Shown here piece after piece: positions 1-13,700 of a stretch of 64,000 nucleotides of DNA. The stretch's first letter is position 1. Each line of letters opens with the position of its first letter. The translations under genes and the position numbers were made by a program. The stretch spans positions 279,248,001 through 279,312,000 of the forward strand of contig OZ024740.1 in assembly GCA_964016885.1 (NCBI GenBank), given 5' to 3'. The DNA comes from Eledone cirrhosa (lineage: Eukaryota). The notes beneath the pieces were generated by a model that worked only from the letters and a program-made list of their open reading frames with translations, was not told the origin of the DNA and ran no database searches.

Positions 1-3000
1 CGTCCAAGGAGAGGTAATTTCTAGCCGTCCAAGGGGAGATAATTTCCAGCCGTCCAAGGGGAGATAATTTCCAGCCGTCCAAGGGGAGATAATTTTTTTT
101 AAAAAATCAGGCGGAGATAATTTGTAAAAAAAATCAGGGGGAGATAATTTGTAAACAAAATCAGGGGGAGATAATTTGTAAAAAAAAATCAGGGGGAGAT
201 AATTTGTAAAAAAAATTAGGCGTAGATAATTTGTAAAAAAAAATCAGGGGGAGATAATTTGTAAAAAAAAATCAGGCGGAGATAATTTGTTTAAAAAATC
301 AAGGGGAGATAATTTGCAGCCGTCCAAGGGGAGATAATTTTCAGCCGTCCAAGGAGAGGTAATTTCTAGCCGTTCAAGGGGAGATAATTTCCAGCCGTCC
401 AAGGGGAGATAATTTCCAGCCGTCCAAGGGGAGATAATTTTTTTTTAAAAATCAGGCGGAGATAATTTGTAAAAAAAAATCAGGGGGAGATAATTCGTAA
501 AAAAAAATCAGGGGGAGATAATTTGTAAAAAAAAATCAGGGGGAGATAATTTGTAAAAAAAATCAAGGGGAGATAATTTCCAGCCGTCCAAGGGGAGGTA
601 ATATCTAGCCGTCCAAGGGGAGATAATTTCCAGCCGTCCAAGGGGAGATAATTTCCAGCCGTCCAAGGGGAGATAATTTCCAGCCGTCCAAGGAGACATA
701 TTTTCCAGCCGTCCAAGGCGAGGTAATTTCTAGCCGTCCAAGGGGAGATAAATTCCAGCCTCCAAGGGGAGATAATTTCCAGCCAGCCAAGGGGAGATAA
801 TTTGTAAAAAAATCAGGGGGAGATAATTTGTAAAAAATATCAGGGAGATAATTTGTAAAAAAAAATCAGGGGGAGATAATTTGTAAAAAAAATCAGGGGG
901 AGATAATTTGTAAAAAAAAATCAGGGGGAGATAATTTGTAAAAAAAATCAAGGGGAGATAATTTCCAGCCGTCCAAGGGGAGATAATTTTCAGCCGTCCA
1001 AAGAGAGGTAATTTCTAACCGTCCGAGGAGAGATAATTTCCAGCCGTCCAAGGGGAGATAATTTCCAGCCGTCCAAGGGGAGATAATTTCCAGCCGTCCA
1101 AGGAGACATATTTTCCAGCCGTCCAAGGAGAGGTAATTTCTAGCCGTCCAAGGGGAGATAAATTCCAGCATCCAAGGGGAGATAATTTCCAGCCAGCCAA
1201 ATGGAGATAATTTGTAAAAAAATCAGGGGGAGATAATTTGCAAAAAAAATCAGGGGGAGATAATTTGTAAAAAATAATCAGGGGGAGATAATTTCCAGCC
1301 GTCCAAGGGGAGATAATTTAAAAAAAAATCAGGCGGAGATAATTTGTAAAAAAAAATCAGGGGGAGATAATTTGTAAAAAAAAATCAGGGGGAGATAATT
1401 TGTAAAAAAAATCAAGGGGAGATAATTTCCAGCCGTCCAAGGGAAGATAATTTCCAGCCCTCCAAGGGGCTATAATTTCCAGTGTCCAAGGGGAGATAAT
1501 TTCCAGCCAGCGAAGGGGAGATAATTTTTTTTTAAAAATCATTGGGAGATTTGTAAAAAAAATCAGGGGGAGATAATTTGTAAAAAAAATCAAGGGGAGA
1601 TAATTTCCAGCCGTCCAAGGGGAGGTAATATCTAGCCGTCCAAGGGGAGATAATTTCCAGCCGTCCAAGGGGAGATAATTTCCAGCCGTCCCAGGGTAGA
1701 TAATATCCAGCCGCCCAAGGACATATTTTCCAGCCGTCCAAGGAGAGGTAATTTCTAGCCGTCCAAGGGGAGATAAATTCCAGCCTCCAAGGGGAGATAA
1801 TTTCCAGCCAGCCAAGGGGAGATAATTTGTAAAAAAATCAGGGGGAGATAATTTGTAAAAAAAATCAGGGGGAGATAATTTGTAAAAAAAAATCAGGGGG
1901 AGATAATTTGTAAAAAAAAATCAGGGGGAGATAATTTGCAAAAAAAATCAGGGGGAGATAATTTGTAAAAAAAAATCAGGGGTAGATAATTTGTAAAAAA
2001 AAATCAGGGGGAGATAATTTGTAAAAAAAAATCAGGGGGAGATAATTTGTAAAAAAAATCAAGGGGAGATAATTTCCAGCCGTCCAAGGAGAGATAATTT
2101 TAAAAAAAATCAGGCGGAGATAATTTGTAAAAAAAAATCAGGGGGAGATAATTTGTAAAAAAAATCAGGGGGAGATAATTTGTAAAAAAAAATCAGGGGT
2201 AGATAATTTGTAAAAAAAATCAGGGGGAGATAATTTGTAAAAAAAAATCAGGGGGAGATAATTTGTAAAAAAAATCAAGGGGAGATAATTTCCAGCCGTC
2301 CAAGGAGAGATAATTTAAAAAAAAATCAGGCGGAGATAATTTGTAAAAAAAAATTAGGGGGAGATAATTTGTAAAAAAAAATCAGGGGGAGATAATTTGT
2401 AAAAAAAATCAAGGGGAGATAATTTCCAGCTGTCCAAGTGGAGATAATTTTCAGCCGTCCAAGGGGAGGTAATTTCCCGCCAGCCAAGGGAAGATAATAT
2501 TCAAAAAAATCAGGCGGAGATAATTTGTAAAAAAAATCAGGGGGAGATAATTTGTAAAAAAATCAGGGGGAGATAATTTGTAAAAAAAAAAATCAGGGGG
2601 AGATAATTTGTAAAAAAAATCAGGGGGAGATAATTTGTAAAAAAAAATCAGGGGTAGATAATTTGTAAAAAAAAATCAGGGGGAGATAATTTGTAAAAAA
2701 AAATCAGGGGGAGATAATTTGTAAAAAAAATGAAAGGGGAGATAATATCCAGCCGTCCAAGGGGAGATAATTTCCAGCCGTCCAAGGGGAGATAATTTCC
2801 AGCCGTCCAAGGGGAGATAATTTCCATCCTTCCAAGGGGATATAATTTCCAGCCGTCCAAGGGGAGATAATTTCCATCCTTCCACGGGGATATAATTTCC
2901 AGCCGTCCAAGGGGAGATAATTTTCAGCCGTCCAAGGAGAGGTAATTTCTAGCCGTCCAAGGAGAGATAATTTCCAGCCGTCCAAGGGGAGATAATTTCC

Positions 3001-4799
3001 AGCCGTCCAAGGGGAGATAATTTCCAGCCGTCCAAGGAGACATATTTTCCAGCCGTCCAAGGAGAGGTAATTCCTAGCCGTCCAAGGGGAGATAAATTCC
3101 AGCCTCCAAGGGGAGATAATTTCCAGCCAGCCAAGGGGAGATAATTTGTAAAAAAAATCAGGGGGAGATAATTTGTAAAAAAAATCAGGGGGAGATAATT
3201 TGTAAAAAAAAATCAGGGGGAGATAATTTGTAAAAAATAATCAGGGGGAGATAATTTGTAAAAAAAATCAAGGGGAGATAATTTCCAGCCGTCCAAGGGG
3301 AGATAATTTTCAGCCGTCCAAGGGGAGATAATTTCCCGCCAGCCAAGGGAAGATAATATTTAAAAAAATTAGGCGGAGATAATTTGTAAAAAAAATCAGG
3401 GGGAGATAATTTGTAAAAAAATCAGGGGGAGATAATTTGTAAAAAAAATCAGGGGGAGATAATTTGTAAAAAAAAATCAGGGGGAGATAATTTGTAAAAA
3501 AAAATCAGGGGGAGATAATTTGTAAAAAAAATCAAGGGGAGATAATTTCCAGCCGTCCAAGGGAAGATAATTTCCAGCCCTCCAAGGGGCTATAATTTCC
3601 AGCGTCCAAGGGGAGATAATTTCCAGCCAGCGAAGGGGAGATAATTTTTTTTAAAAAATCATTGGGAGATTTGTAAAAAAAATCAGGGGGAGATAATTTG
3701 TAAAAAAAATCAAGGGGAGATAATTTCCAGCCGTCCAAGGGGAGGTAATATCTAGCCGTCCAAGGGGAGATAATTTCCAGCCGTCCAAGGGGAGATAATT
3801 TCCAGCCGTCCAAGGGTAGATAATATCCAGCCGTCCAAGGACATATTTTCCAGCCGTCCAAGGAGAGGTAATTTCTAGCCGTCCAAGGGGAGATAAATTC
3901 CAGCCTCCAAGGTGAGATAATTTCCAGCCAGCCAAGGGGAGATAATTTGTAAAAAAATCAGGGGGAGATAATTTGTAAAAAAAATCAGGGGGAGATAATT
4001 TGTAAAAAAAAATCAGGGGGAGATAATTTGTAAAAAAAAATCAGGGGGAGATAATTTGTAAAAAAAAATCAGGGGGAGATAATTTGTAAAAAAATCAAGG
4101 GGAGATAATTTCCAGCCGTCCAAGGGGAGATAATTTTCAGCCGTCCAAGGGGAGATAATTTCCCGCCAGCCAAGGGAAGATAATATTTGAAAAAATCAGG
4201 CGGAGATAATTTGTAAAAAAAATCAGGGGGAGATAATTTGTAAAAAAATCAGGGGGAGATAATTTGTAAAAAAAAAATCAGGGGGAGATAATTTGTAAAA
4301 AGAATCAGGGGGAGATAATTTGTAAAAAAAAATCAGGGGTAGATAAATTGTAAAAAAAAATCAGGGGGAGATAATTTGTAAAAAAAATCAGGGGGAGATA
4401 ATTTGTAAAAAAAATGAAAGGGGAGATAATATCCAGCCGTCCAAGGGGAGATAATTTCCAGCCGTCCAAGGGGAGATAATTTCCAGCCGTCCAAGGGGAG
4501 ATAATTTCCATCCTTCCAAGGGGATATAATTTCCAGCCGTCCAAGGGGAGATAATTTCCCGCCAGCCAAGGGAAGATAATTTTTAAAAAAATCAGGCGGA
4601 GATTGTAAAAAAAATCAGGGGGGAGATAATTTGTAAAAAAATCAGGGGGAGATAATTTGTAAAAAAAAATCAGGGGGAGATAATTTGTAAAAAATAATCA
4701 GGGGGAGATAATTTGTAAAAAAAAATCAAGGGGAGATAATTTCCAGCCGTCCAAGGGGAGATAATTTCCCGCCAGCCAAGGGAAGATAATATTTAAAAA

Positions 4800-7700
4800 A
4801 ATTAGGCGGAGATAATTTGTAAAAAAAATCAGGGGGAGATAATTTGTAAAAAAATCAGGGGGAGATAATTTGTAAAAAAAATCAGGGGGAGATAATTTGT
4901 AAAAAAATTCATGGGGAGATAATTTGTAAAAAAAAATCAGGGGTAGATAATTTGTAAAAAAAAATCAGGGGGAGATAATTTGTAAAAAAAAATCAGGGGG
5001 AGATAATTTGTAAAAAAAATCAAGGGGAGATAATTTCCAGCCGTCCAAGGGGAGATAATTTTCAGCCGTCCAAGGAGAGGTAATTTCTAGCCGTCCAAGG
5101 GGAGATAATTTCCAGCCGTCCAAGGGGAGGTAATTTCCAGCCGTCCAAGGGGAGATAATTTAAAAAAAAAAATCAGGCGGAGATAATTTGTAAAAAAAAT
5201 CAAGGGGAGATAATTTGCAGCCGTCCAAGGGGAGATAATTTTCAGTCGTCCAAGGAGAGGTAATTTCTAGCCGTCCAAGGGGAGATAATTGCCAGCCGTC
5301 CAAGGGGAGATAATTTCCAGCCGTCCAAGGGGAGATAATTTTTTTTAAAAAATCAGGCGGAGATAATTTGTAAAAAAAATCAGGGGGAGATAATTTGTAA
5401 ACAAAATCAGGGGGAGATAATTTGTAAAAAAAAATCAGGGGGAGATAATTTGTAAAAAAAATCATGGAGAGATAATTTCCAGCCGTCCAAGGTGAGATAA
5501 TTTCCAGCCGTCCAAGGAGACATATTTTCCAGCCGTCCAAGGCGAGGTAATTTCTAGCCGTCCAAGGGGAGATAAATTCCAGCCTCCAAGGGGAGATAAT
5601 TTCCAGCTAGCCAAGTGGAGATAATTTGTAAAAAAATCAGGGGGAGATAATTTGTAAAAAATATCAGGGAGATAATTTGTAAAAAAAAATCAGGGGGAGA
5701 TAATTTGTAAAAAAAATCAGGGGGAGATAATTTGTAAAAAAAAATCAGGGGGAGATAATTTGTAAAAAAAATCAAGGGGAGATAATTTCCAGCCGTCCAA
5801 GGGGAGATAATTTTCAGCCGTCCAAGGGGAGATAATTTCCCGCCAGCCAAGGGAAGATAATATTTAAAAAAATCAGGCGGAGATAATTTGTAAAAAAAAT
5901 CAGGGGGAGATAATTTGTAAAAAAATCAGGGGGAGATAATTTGTAAAAAAAAAATCAGGGGGAGATAATTTGTAAAAAAAATCAGGGGGAGATAATTTGT
6001 AAAAAAAAATCAGGGATAGATAATTTGTAAACAAAAATCAGGGGGAGATAATTTGTAAAAAAAATGAAAGGGGAGATAATATCCAGCCGTCCAAGGGGAG
6101 ATAATTTCCAGCCGTCCAAGGGGATATAATTTCCAGCCGTCCAAGGGGAGATAATTTCCATCCTTCCAAGGGGATATAATTTCCAGCCGTCCAAGGGGAG
6201 ATAATTTCCCGCCAGCCAAGGGAAGATAATTTTTAAAAAAATCAGGCGGAGATTGTAAAAAAAATCAGGGGGGAGATAATTTGTAAAAAAATCAGGGGGA
6301 GATAATTTGTAAAAAATAATCAGGGGGAGATAATTTGTAAAAAAATTCAAGGGGAGATAATTTCCAGCCGTCCAAGGGGAGATAATTTCCCGCCAGCCAA
6401 GGGAAGATAATATTTAAAAAAATTAGGCGGAGATAATTTGTAAAAAAATCAGGGGGAGATAATTTGTAAAAAAATCAGGGGGAGATAATTTGTAAAAAAA
6501 ATCAGGGGGAGATAATTTGTAAAAAAAAATCAGGAGTAGATAATTTGTAAAAAAAAATCAGGGGGAGATAATTTGTAAAAAAAAATCAGGGGGAGATAAT
6601 TTGTAAAAAAAATCAAGGGGAGATAATATCCAGCCGTCCAAGGAGAGATAATTTAAAAAAAAGATGAGGCGGAGATAATTTGTAAAAAAAAAATCAGGGG
6701 GAGTTAATTTGTAAAAAAAAATGAGGGGGAGATAATTTGTAAAAAAAATCAAGGGGAGATAATTTCCAGCCGTCCAAGGGGAGATAATTTTCAGCCGTCC
6801 AAGGAGAGGTAATTTCTAGCCGTCCAAGGGGAGATAATTTCCAGCCGTCCAAGGGGAGGTAATTTCCAGCCGTCCAAGGGGAGATAATTTTAAAAAAAAA
6901 ATCAGGCGGAGATAATTTGTAAAAAAAATCAAGGGGAGATAATTTGCAGCCGTCCAAGGGGAGATAATTTTCAGTCGTCCAAGGAGAGGTAATTTCTAGC
7001 CGTCCAAGGGGAGATAATTTCCAGCCGTCCAAGGGGAGATAATTTCCAGCCGTCCAAGGGGAGATAATTTTTTTTAAAAAATCAGGCGGAGATAATTTGT
7101 AAAAAAAATCAGGGGGAGATAATTTGTAAACAAAATCAGGGGGAGATAATTTGTAAAAAAAAATCAGGGGGAGATAATTTGTAAAAAAAATTAGGCGTAG
7201 ATAATTTGTAAAAAAAAATCAGGGGGAGATAATTTGTAAAAAAAAATCAGGGGGAGATAATTTGTTTAAAAAATCAAGGGGAGATAATTTGCAGCCGTCC
7301 AAGGGGAGATAATTTTCAGCCGTCCAAGGAGAGGTAATTTCTAGCCGTTCAAGGGGAGATAATTTCCAGCCGTCCAAGGGGAGATAATTTCCAGCCGTCC
7401 AAGGGGAGATAATTTTTTTTTTAAAATCAGGCGGAGATAATTTGTAAAAAAAAATCAGGGGGAGATAATTCGTAAAAAAAAATCAGGGGGAGATAATTTG
7501 TAAAAAAAAATCAGGGGGAGATAATTTGTAAAAAAAATCAAGGGGAGATAATTTCCAGCCGTCCAAGGGGAGGTAATATCTAGCCGTCCAAGGGGAGATA
7601 ATTTCCAGCCGTCCAAGGGGAGATAATTTCCAGCCGTCCAAGGGGAGATAATTTCCAGCCGTCCAAGGAGACATATTTTCCAGCCGTCCAAGGCGAGGTA

Positions 7701-10700
7701 ATTTCTAGCCGTCCAAGGGGAGATTAATTCCAGCCTCCAAGGGGAGATAATTTCCAGCCAGCCAAGGGGAGATAATTTGTAAAAAAATCAGGGGGAGATA
7801 ATTTGTAAAAAATATCAGGGAGATAATTTGTAAAAAAAAATCAGGGGGAGATAATTTGTAAAAAAAATCAGGGGGAGATAATTTGTAAAAAAAAATCAGG
7901 GGGAGATAATTTGTAAAAAAAATCAAGGGGAGATAATTTCCAGCCGTCCAAGGGGAGATAATTTTCAGCCGTCCAAGGAGAGGTAATTTCTAATCCGTCC
8001 GAGGAGAGATAATTTCCAGCCGTCCAAGGGGAGATAATTTCCAGCCGTCCAAGGGGAGATAATTTCCAGCCGTCCAAGGAGACATATTTTCCAGCCGTCC
8101 AAGGAGAGGTAATTTCTAGCCGTCCAAGGGGAGATAAATTCCAGCCTCCAAGGGGAGATAATTTCCAGCCAGCCAAGGGGAGATAATTTGTAAAAAAATC
8201 AGGGGGAGATAATTTGCAAAAAAAATCAGGGGGAGATAATTTGTAAAAAAAATCAGGGGGAGATAATTTGTAAAAAATAATCAGGGGGAGATAATTTCCA
8301 GCCGTCCAAGGGAAGATAATTTCCAGCCCTCCAAGGGGCTATAATTTCCAGTGTCCAAGGGGAGATAATTTCCAGCCAGCGAAGGGGAGATAATTTTTTT
8401 TAAAAAATCATTGGGAGATTTGTAAAAAAAATCAGGGGGAGATAATTTGTAAAAAAAATCAAGGGGAGATAATTTCCAGCCGTCCAAGGGGAGGTAATAT
8501 CTAGCCGTCCAAGGGTAGATAATTTCCAGCCGTCCAACGGGAGATAATTTCCAGCCGTCCAAGGGTAGATAATATCCAGCCGCCCAAGGACATATTTTCC
8601 AGCCGTCCAAGGAGAGGTAATTTCTAGCCGTCCAAGGGGAGATAATTTCCAGCCGTCCAAGGGTAGATAATATCCAGCCGTCCAAGGACATATTTTCCAG
8701 CCGTCCAAGGAGAGGTAATTTCTAGCCGTCCAAGGGGAGATAAATTCCAGCCTCCAAGGGGAGATAATTTCCAGCCAGCCAAGGGGAGATAATTTGTAAA
8801 AAAATCAGGGGGAGATAATTTGTAAAAAAAATCAGGGGGAGATAATTTGTAAAAAAAAATCAGGGGGAGATAATTTGTAAAAAAAAATCAGGGTGAGATA
8901 ATTTGCAAAAAAAATCAGGGGGAGATAATTTGTAAAAAAAAATCAGGGGTAGATAATTTGTAAAAAAAAATCAGGGGGAGATAATTTGTAAAAAAAAATC
9001 AGGGGGAGATAATTTGTAAAAAAAATCAAGGGGAGATAATTTCCAGCCGTCCAAGGAGAGATAATTTAAAAAAAATCAGGCGGAGATAATTTGTAAAAAA
9101 AAATCAGGGGGAGATAATTTGTAAAAAAAATCAGGGGGAGATAATTTGTAAAAAAAAATCAGGGGTAGATAATTTGTAAAAAAAAATCAGGGGGAGATAA
9201 TTTGTAAAAAAAAATCAGGAGGAGATAATTTGTAAAAAAAATCAAGGGGAGATAATTTCCAGCCGTCCAAGGAGAGATAATTTAAAAAAAAATCAGGCGG
9301 AGATAATTTGTAAAAAAAAATCAGGGGGAGATAATTTGTAAAAAAAAATCAGGGGGAGATAATTTGTAAAAAAAATCAAGGGGAGATAATTTCCAGCCGT
9401 CCAAGGGGAGATAATTTTCAGCCGTCCAAGGGGAGATAATTTCCAGCCAGCGAAGGGGAGATAATTTTTTTTAAAAAATCATTGGGAGATTTGTAAAAAA
9501 AATCAGGGGGAGATAATTTGTAAAAAAAATCAAGGGGAGATAATTTCCAGCCGTCCAAGGGGAGGTAATATCTAGCCGTCCAAGGGGAGATAATTTCCAG
9601 CCGTCCAAGGGGAGATAATTTCCAGCCGTCCCAGGGTAGATAATATCCAGCCGCCCAAGGACATATTTTCCAGCCGTCCAAGGAGAGGTAATTTCTAGCC
9701 GTCCAAGGGGAGATAAATTCCAGCCTCCAAGGGGAGATAATTTCCAGCCAGCCAAGGGGAGATAATTTGTAAAAAAATCAGGGGGAGATAATTTGTAAAA
9801 AAAATCAGGGGGAGATAATTTGTAAAAAAAAATCAGGGGGAGATAATTTGTAAAAAAAAATCAGGGGGAGATAATTTGCAAAAAAAATCAGGGGGAGATA
9901 ATTTGTAAAAAAAAATCAGGGGTAGATAATTTGTAAAAAAAAATCAGGGGGAGATAATTTGTAAAAAAAAATCAGGGGGAGATAATTTGTAAAAAAAATC
10001 AAGGGGAGATAATTTCCAGCCGTCCAAGGAGAGATAATTTTTAAAAATCAGGCGGAGATAATTTGTAAAAAAAAATCAGGGGGAGATAATTTGTAAAAAA
10101 AATCAGGGGGAGATAATTTGTAAAAAAAAATCAGGGGTAGATAATTTGTAAAAAAAAATCAGGGGGAGATAATTTGTAAAAAAAAATCAGGGGGAGATAA
10201 TTTGTAAAAAAAATCAAGGGGAGATAATTTCCAGCCGTCCAAGGAGAGATAATTTTAAAAAAAATCAGGCGGAGATAATTTGTAAAAAAAAATTAGGGGG
10301 AGATAATTTGTAAAAAAAAATCAGGGGGAGATAATTTGTAAAAAAAATCAAGGGGAGATAATTTCCAGCCGTCCAAGGGGAGATAATTTTCAGCCGTCCA
10401 AGGGGAGATAATTTCCCGCCAGCCAAGGGAAGATAATATTCAAAAAAATCAGGCGGAGATAATTTGTAAAAAAAATCAGGGGGAGATAATTTGTAAAAAA
10501 ATCAGGGGGAGATAATTTGTAAAAAAAAAAATCAGGGGGAGATAATTTGTAAAAAAAATCAGGGGGAGATAATTTGTAAAAAAAAATCAGGGGTAGATAA
10601 TTTGTAAAAAAAAATCAGGGGGAGATAATTTGTAAAAAAAAATCAGGGGGAGATAATTTGTAAAAAAAATGAAAGGGGAGATAATATCCAGCCGTCCAAG

Positions 10701-13700
10701 GGGAGATAATTTCCAGCCGTCCAAGGGGAGATAATTTCCAGCCCTCCAAGGGGAGATAATTTCCATCCTTCCAAGGGGATATAATTTCCAGCCGTCCAAG
10801 GGGAGATAATTTCCATCCTTCCAAGGGGATATAATTTCCAGCCGTCCAAGGGGAGATAATTTTCAGCCGTCCAAGGAGAGGTAATTTCTAGCCGTCCAAG
10901 GAGAGATAATTTCCAGCCGTCCAAGGGGAGATAATTTCCAGCCGTCCAAGGGGAGATAATTTCCAGCCGTCCAAGGAGACATATTTTCCAGCCGTCCAAG
11001 GAGAGGTAATTCCTAGCCGTCCAAGGGGAGATAAATTCCAGCCTCCAAGGGGAGATAATTTCCAGCCAGCCAAGGGGAGATAATTTGTAAAAAAAATCAG
11101 GGGGAGATAATTTGTAAAAAAAATCAGGGGGAGATAATTTGTAAAAAAAAATCAGGGGGAGATAATTTGTAAAAAATAATCAGGGGGAGATAATTTGTAA
11201 AAAAAATCAAGGGGAGATAATTTCCAGCCGTCCAAGGGGAGATAATTTTCAGCCGTCCAAGGGGAGATAATTTCCCGCCAGCCAAGGGAAGATAATATTT
11301 AAAAAAATTAGGCGGAGATAATTTGTAAAAAAAATCAGGGGGAGATAATTTGTAAAAAAATCAGGGGGAGATAATTTGTAAAAAAAATCAGAGGGAGATA
11401 ATTTGTAAAAAAAATCAGGGGGAGATAATTTGTAAAAAAAAATCAGGGGGAGATAATTTGTAAAAAAAATCAAGGGGAGATAATTTCCAGCCGTCCAAGG
11501 GAAGATAATTTCCAGCCCTCCAAGGGGCTATAATTTCCAGCGTCCAAGGGGAGATAATTTCCAGCCAGCGAAGGGGAGATAATTTTTTTTAAAAAATCAT
11601 TGGGAGATTTGTAAAAAAAATCAGGGGGAGATAATTTGTAAAAAAAATCAAGGGGAGATAATTTCCAGCCGTCCAAGGGGAGGTAATATCTAGCCGTCCA
11701 AGGGGAGATAATTTCCAGCCGTCCAAGGGGAGATAATTTCCAGCCGTCCAAGGGTAGATAATATCCAGCCGTCCAAGGACATATTTTCCAGCCGTCCAAG
11801 GAGAGGTAATTTCTAGCCGTCCAAGGGGAGATAAATTCCAGCCTCCAAGGTGAGATAATTTCCAGCCAGCCAAGGGGAGATAATTTGTAAAAAAATCAGG
11901 GGGAGATAATTTGTAAAAAAAATCAGGGGGAGATAATTTGTAAAAAAAAATCAGGGGGAGATAATTTGTAAAAAAAAATCAGGGGGAGATAATTTGTAAA
12001 AAAAAATCAGGGTGAGATAATTTGCAAAAAAAATCAGGGGGAGATAATTTGTAAAAAAAAATCAGGGGTAGATAATTTGTAAAAAAAAATCAGGGGGAGA
12101 TAATTTGTAAAAAAAAATCAGGGGGAGATAATTTGTAAAAAAAATCAAGGGGAGATAATTTCAAGCCGTCCAAGGAGAGATAATTTAAAAAAAAATCAGG
12201 CGGAGATAATTTGTAAAAAAAAATCAGGGGGAGATAATTTGTAAAAAAAATCAGGGGGAGATAATTTGTAAAAAAAAATCAGGGGTAGATAATTTGTAAA
12301 AAAAAATCAGGGGGAGATAATTTGTAAAAAAAAATCAGGAGGAGATAATTTGTAAAAAAAATCAAGGGGAGATAATTTCCAGCCGTCCAAGGAGAGATAA
12401 TTTAAAAAAAAATCAGGCGGAGATAATTTGTAAAAAAAAATCAGGGGGAGATAATTTGTAAAAAAAAATCAGGGGGAGATAATTTGTAAAAAAAAATCAA
12501 GGGGAGATAATTTCCAGCCGTCCAAGGGGAGATAATTTTCAGCCGTCCAAGGGGAGATAATTTCCAGCCAGCGAAGGGGAGATAATTTTTTTTAAAAAAT
12601 CATTGGGAGATTTGTAAAAAAAATCAGGGGGAGATAATTTGTAAAAAAAATCAAGGGGAGATAATTTCCAGCCGTCCAAGGGGAGGTAATATCTAGCCGT
12701 CCAAGGGGAGATAATTTCCAGCCGTCCAAGGGGAGATAATTTCCAGCCGTCCCAGGGTAGATAATATCCAGCCGCCCAAGGACATATTTTCCAGCCGTCC
12801 AAGGAGAGGTAATTTCTAGCCGTCCAAGGGGAGATAAATTCCAGCCTCCAAGGGGAGATAATTTCCAGCCAGCCAAGGGGAGATAATTTGTAAAAAAATC
12901 AGGGGGAGATAATTTGTAAAAAAAATCAGGGGGAGATAATTTGTAAAAAAAAATCAGGGGGAGATAATTTGTAAAAAAAAATCAGGGGGAGATAATTTGC
13001 AAAAAAAATCAGGGGGAGATAATTTGTAAAAAAAAATCAGGGGTAGATAATTTGTAAAAAAAAATCAGGGGGAGATAATTTGTAAAAAAAAATCAGGGGG
13101 AGATAATTTGTAAAAAAAATCAAGGGGAGATAATTTCCAGCCGTCCAAGGAGAGATAATTTTAAAAAAAATCAGGCGGAGATAATTTGTAAAAAAAAATC
13201 AGGGGGAGATAATTTGTAAAAAAAATCAGGGGGAGATAATTTGTAAAAAAAAATCAGGGGTAGATAATTTGTAAAAAAAAATCAGGGGGAGATAATTTGT
13301 AAAAAAAAATCAGGGGGAGATAATTTGTAAAAAAAATCAAGGGGAGATAATTTCCAGCCGTCCAAGGAGAGATAATTTTAAAAAAAATCAGGCGGAGATA
13401 ATTTGTAAAAAAAAATTAGGGGGAGATAATTTGTAAAAAAAAATCAGGGGGAGATAATTTGTAAAAAAAATCAAGGGGAGATAATTTCCAGCCGTCCAAG
13501 GGGAGATAATTTTCAGCCGTCCAAGGGGAGATAATTTCCCGCCAGCCAAGGGAAGATAATATTCAAAAAAATCAGGCGGAGATAATTTGTAAAAAAAATC
13601 AGGGGGAGATAATTTGTAAAAAAATCAGGGGGAGATAATTTGTAAAAAAAAAAATCAGGGGGAGATAATTTGTAAAAAAAATCAGGGGGAGATAATTTGT

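Noticed and set aside
1820-2060. Strong macroscopic curvature from phased A-tracts in Y runs
   Set aside because: The 26-29 bp period is about 2.5-2.8 helical turns, so successive A-tracts are largely out of phase, unlike kinetoplast-type 10-11 bp phasing.
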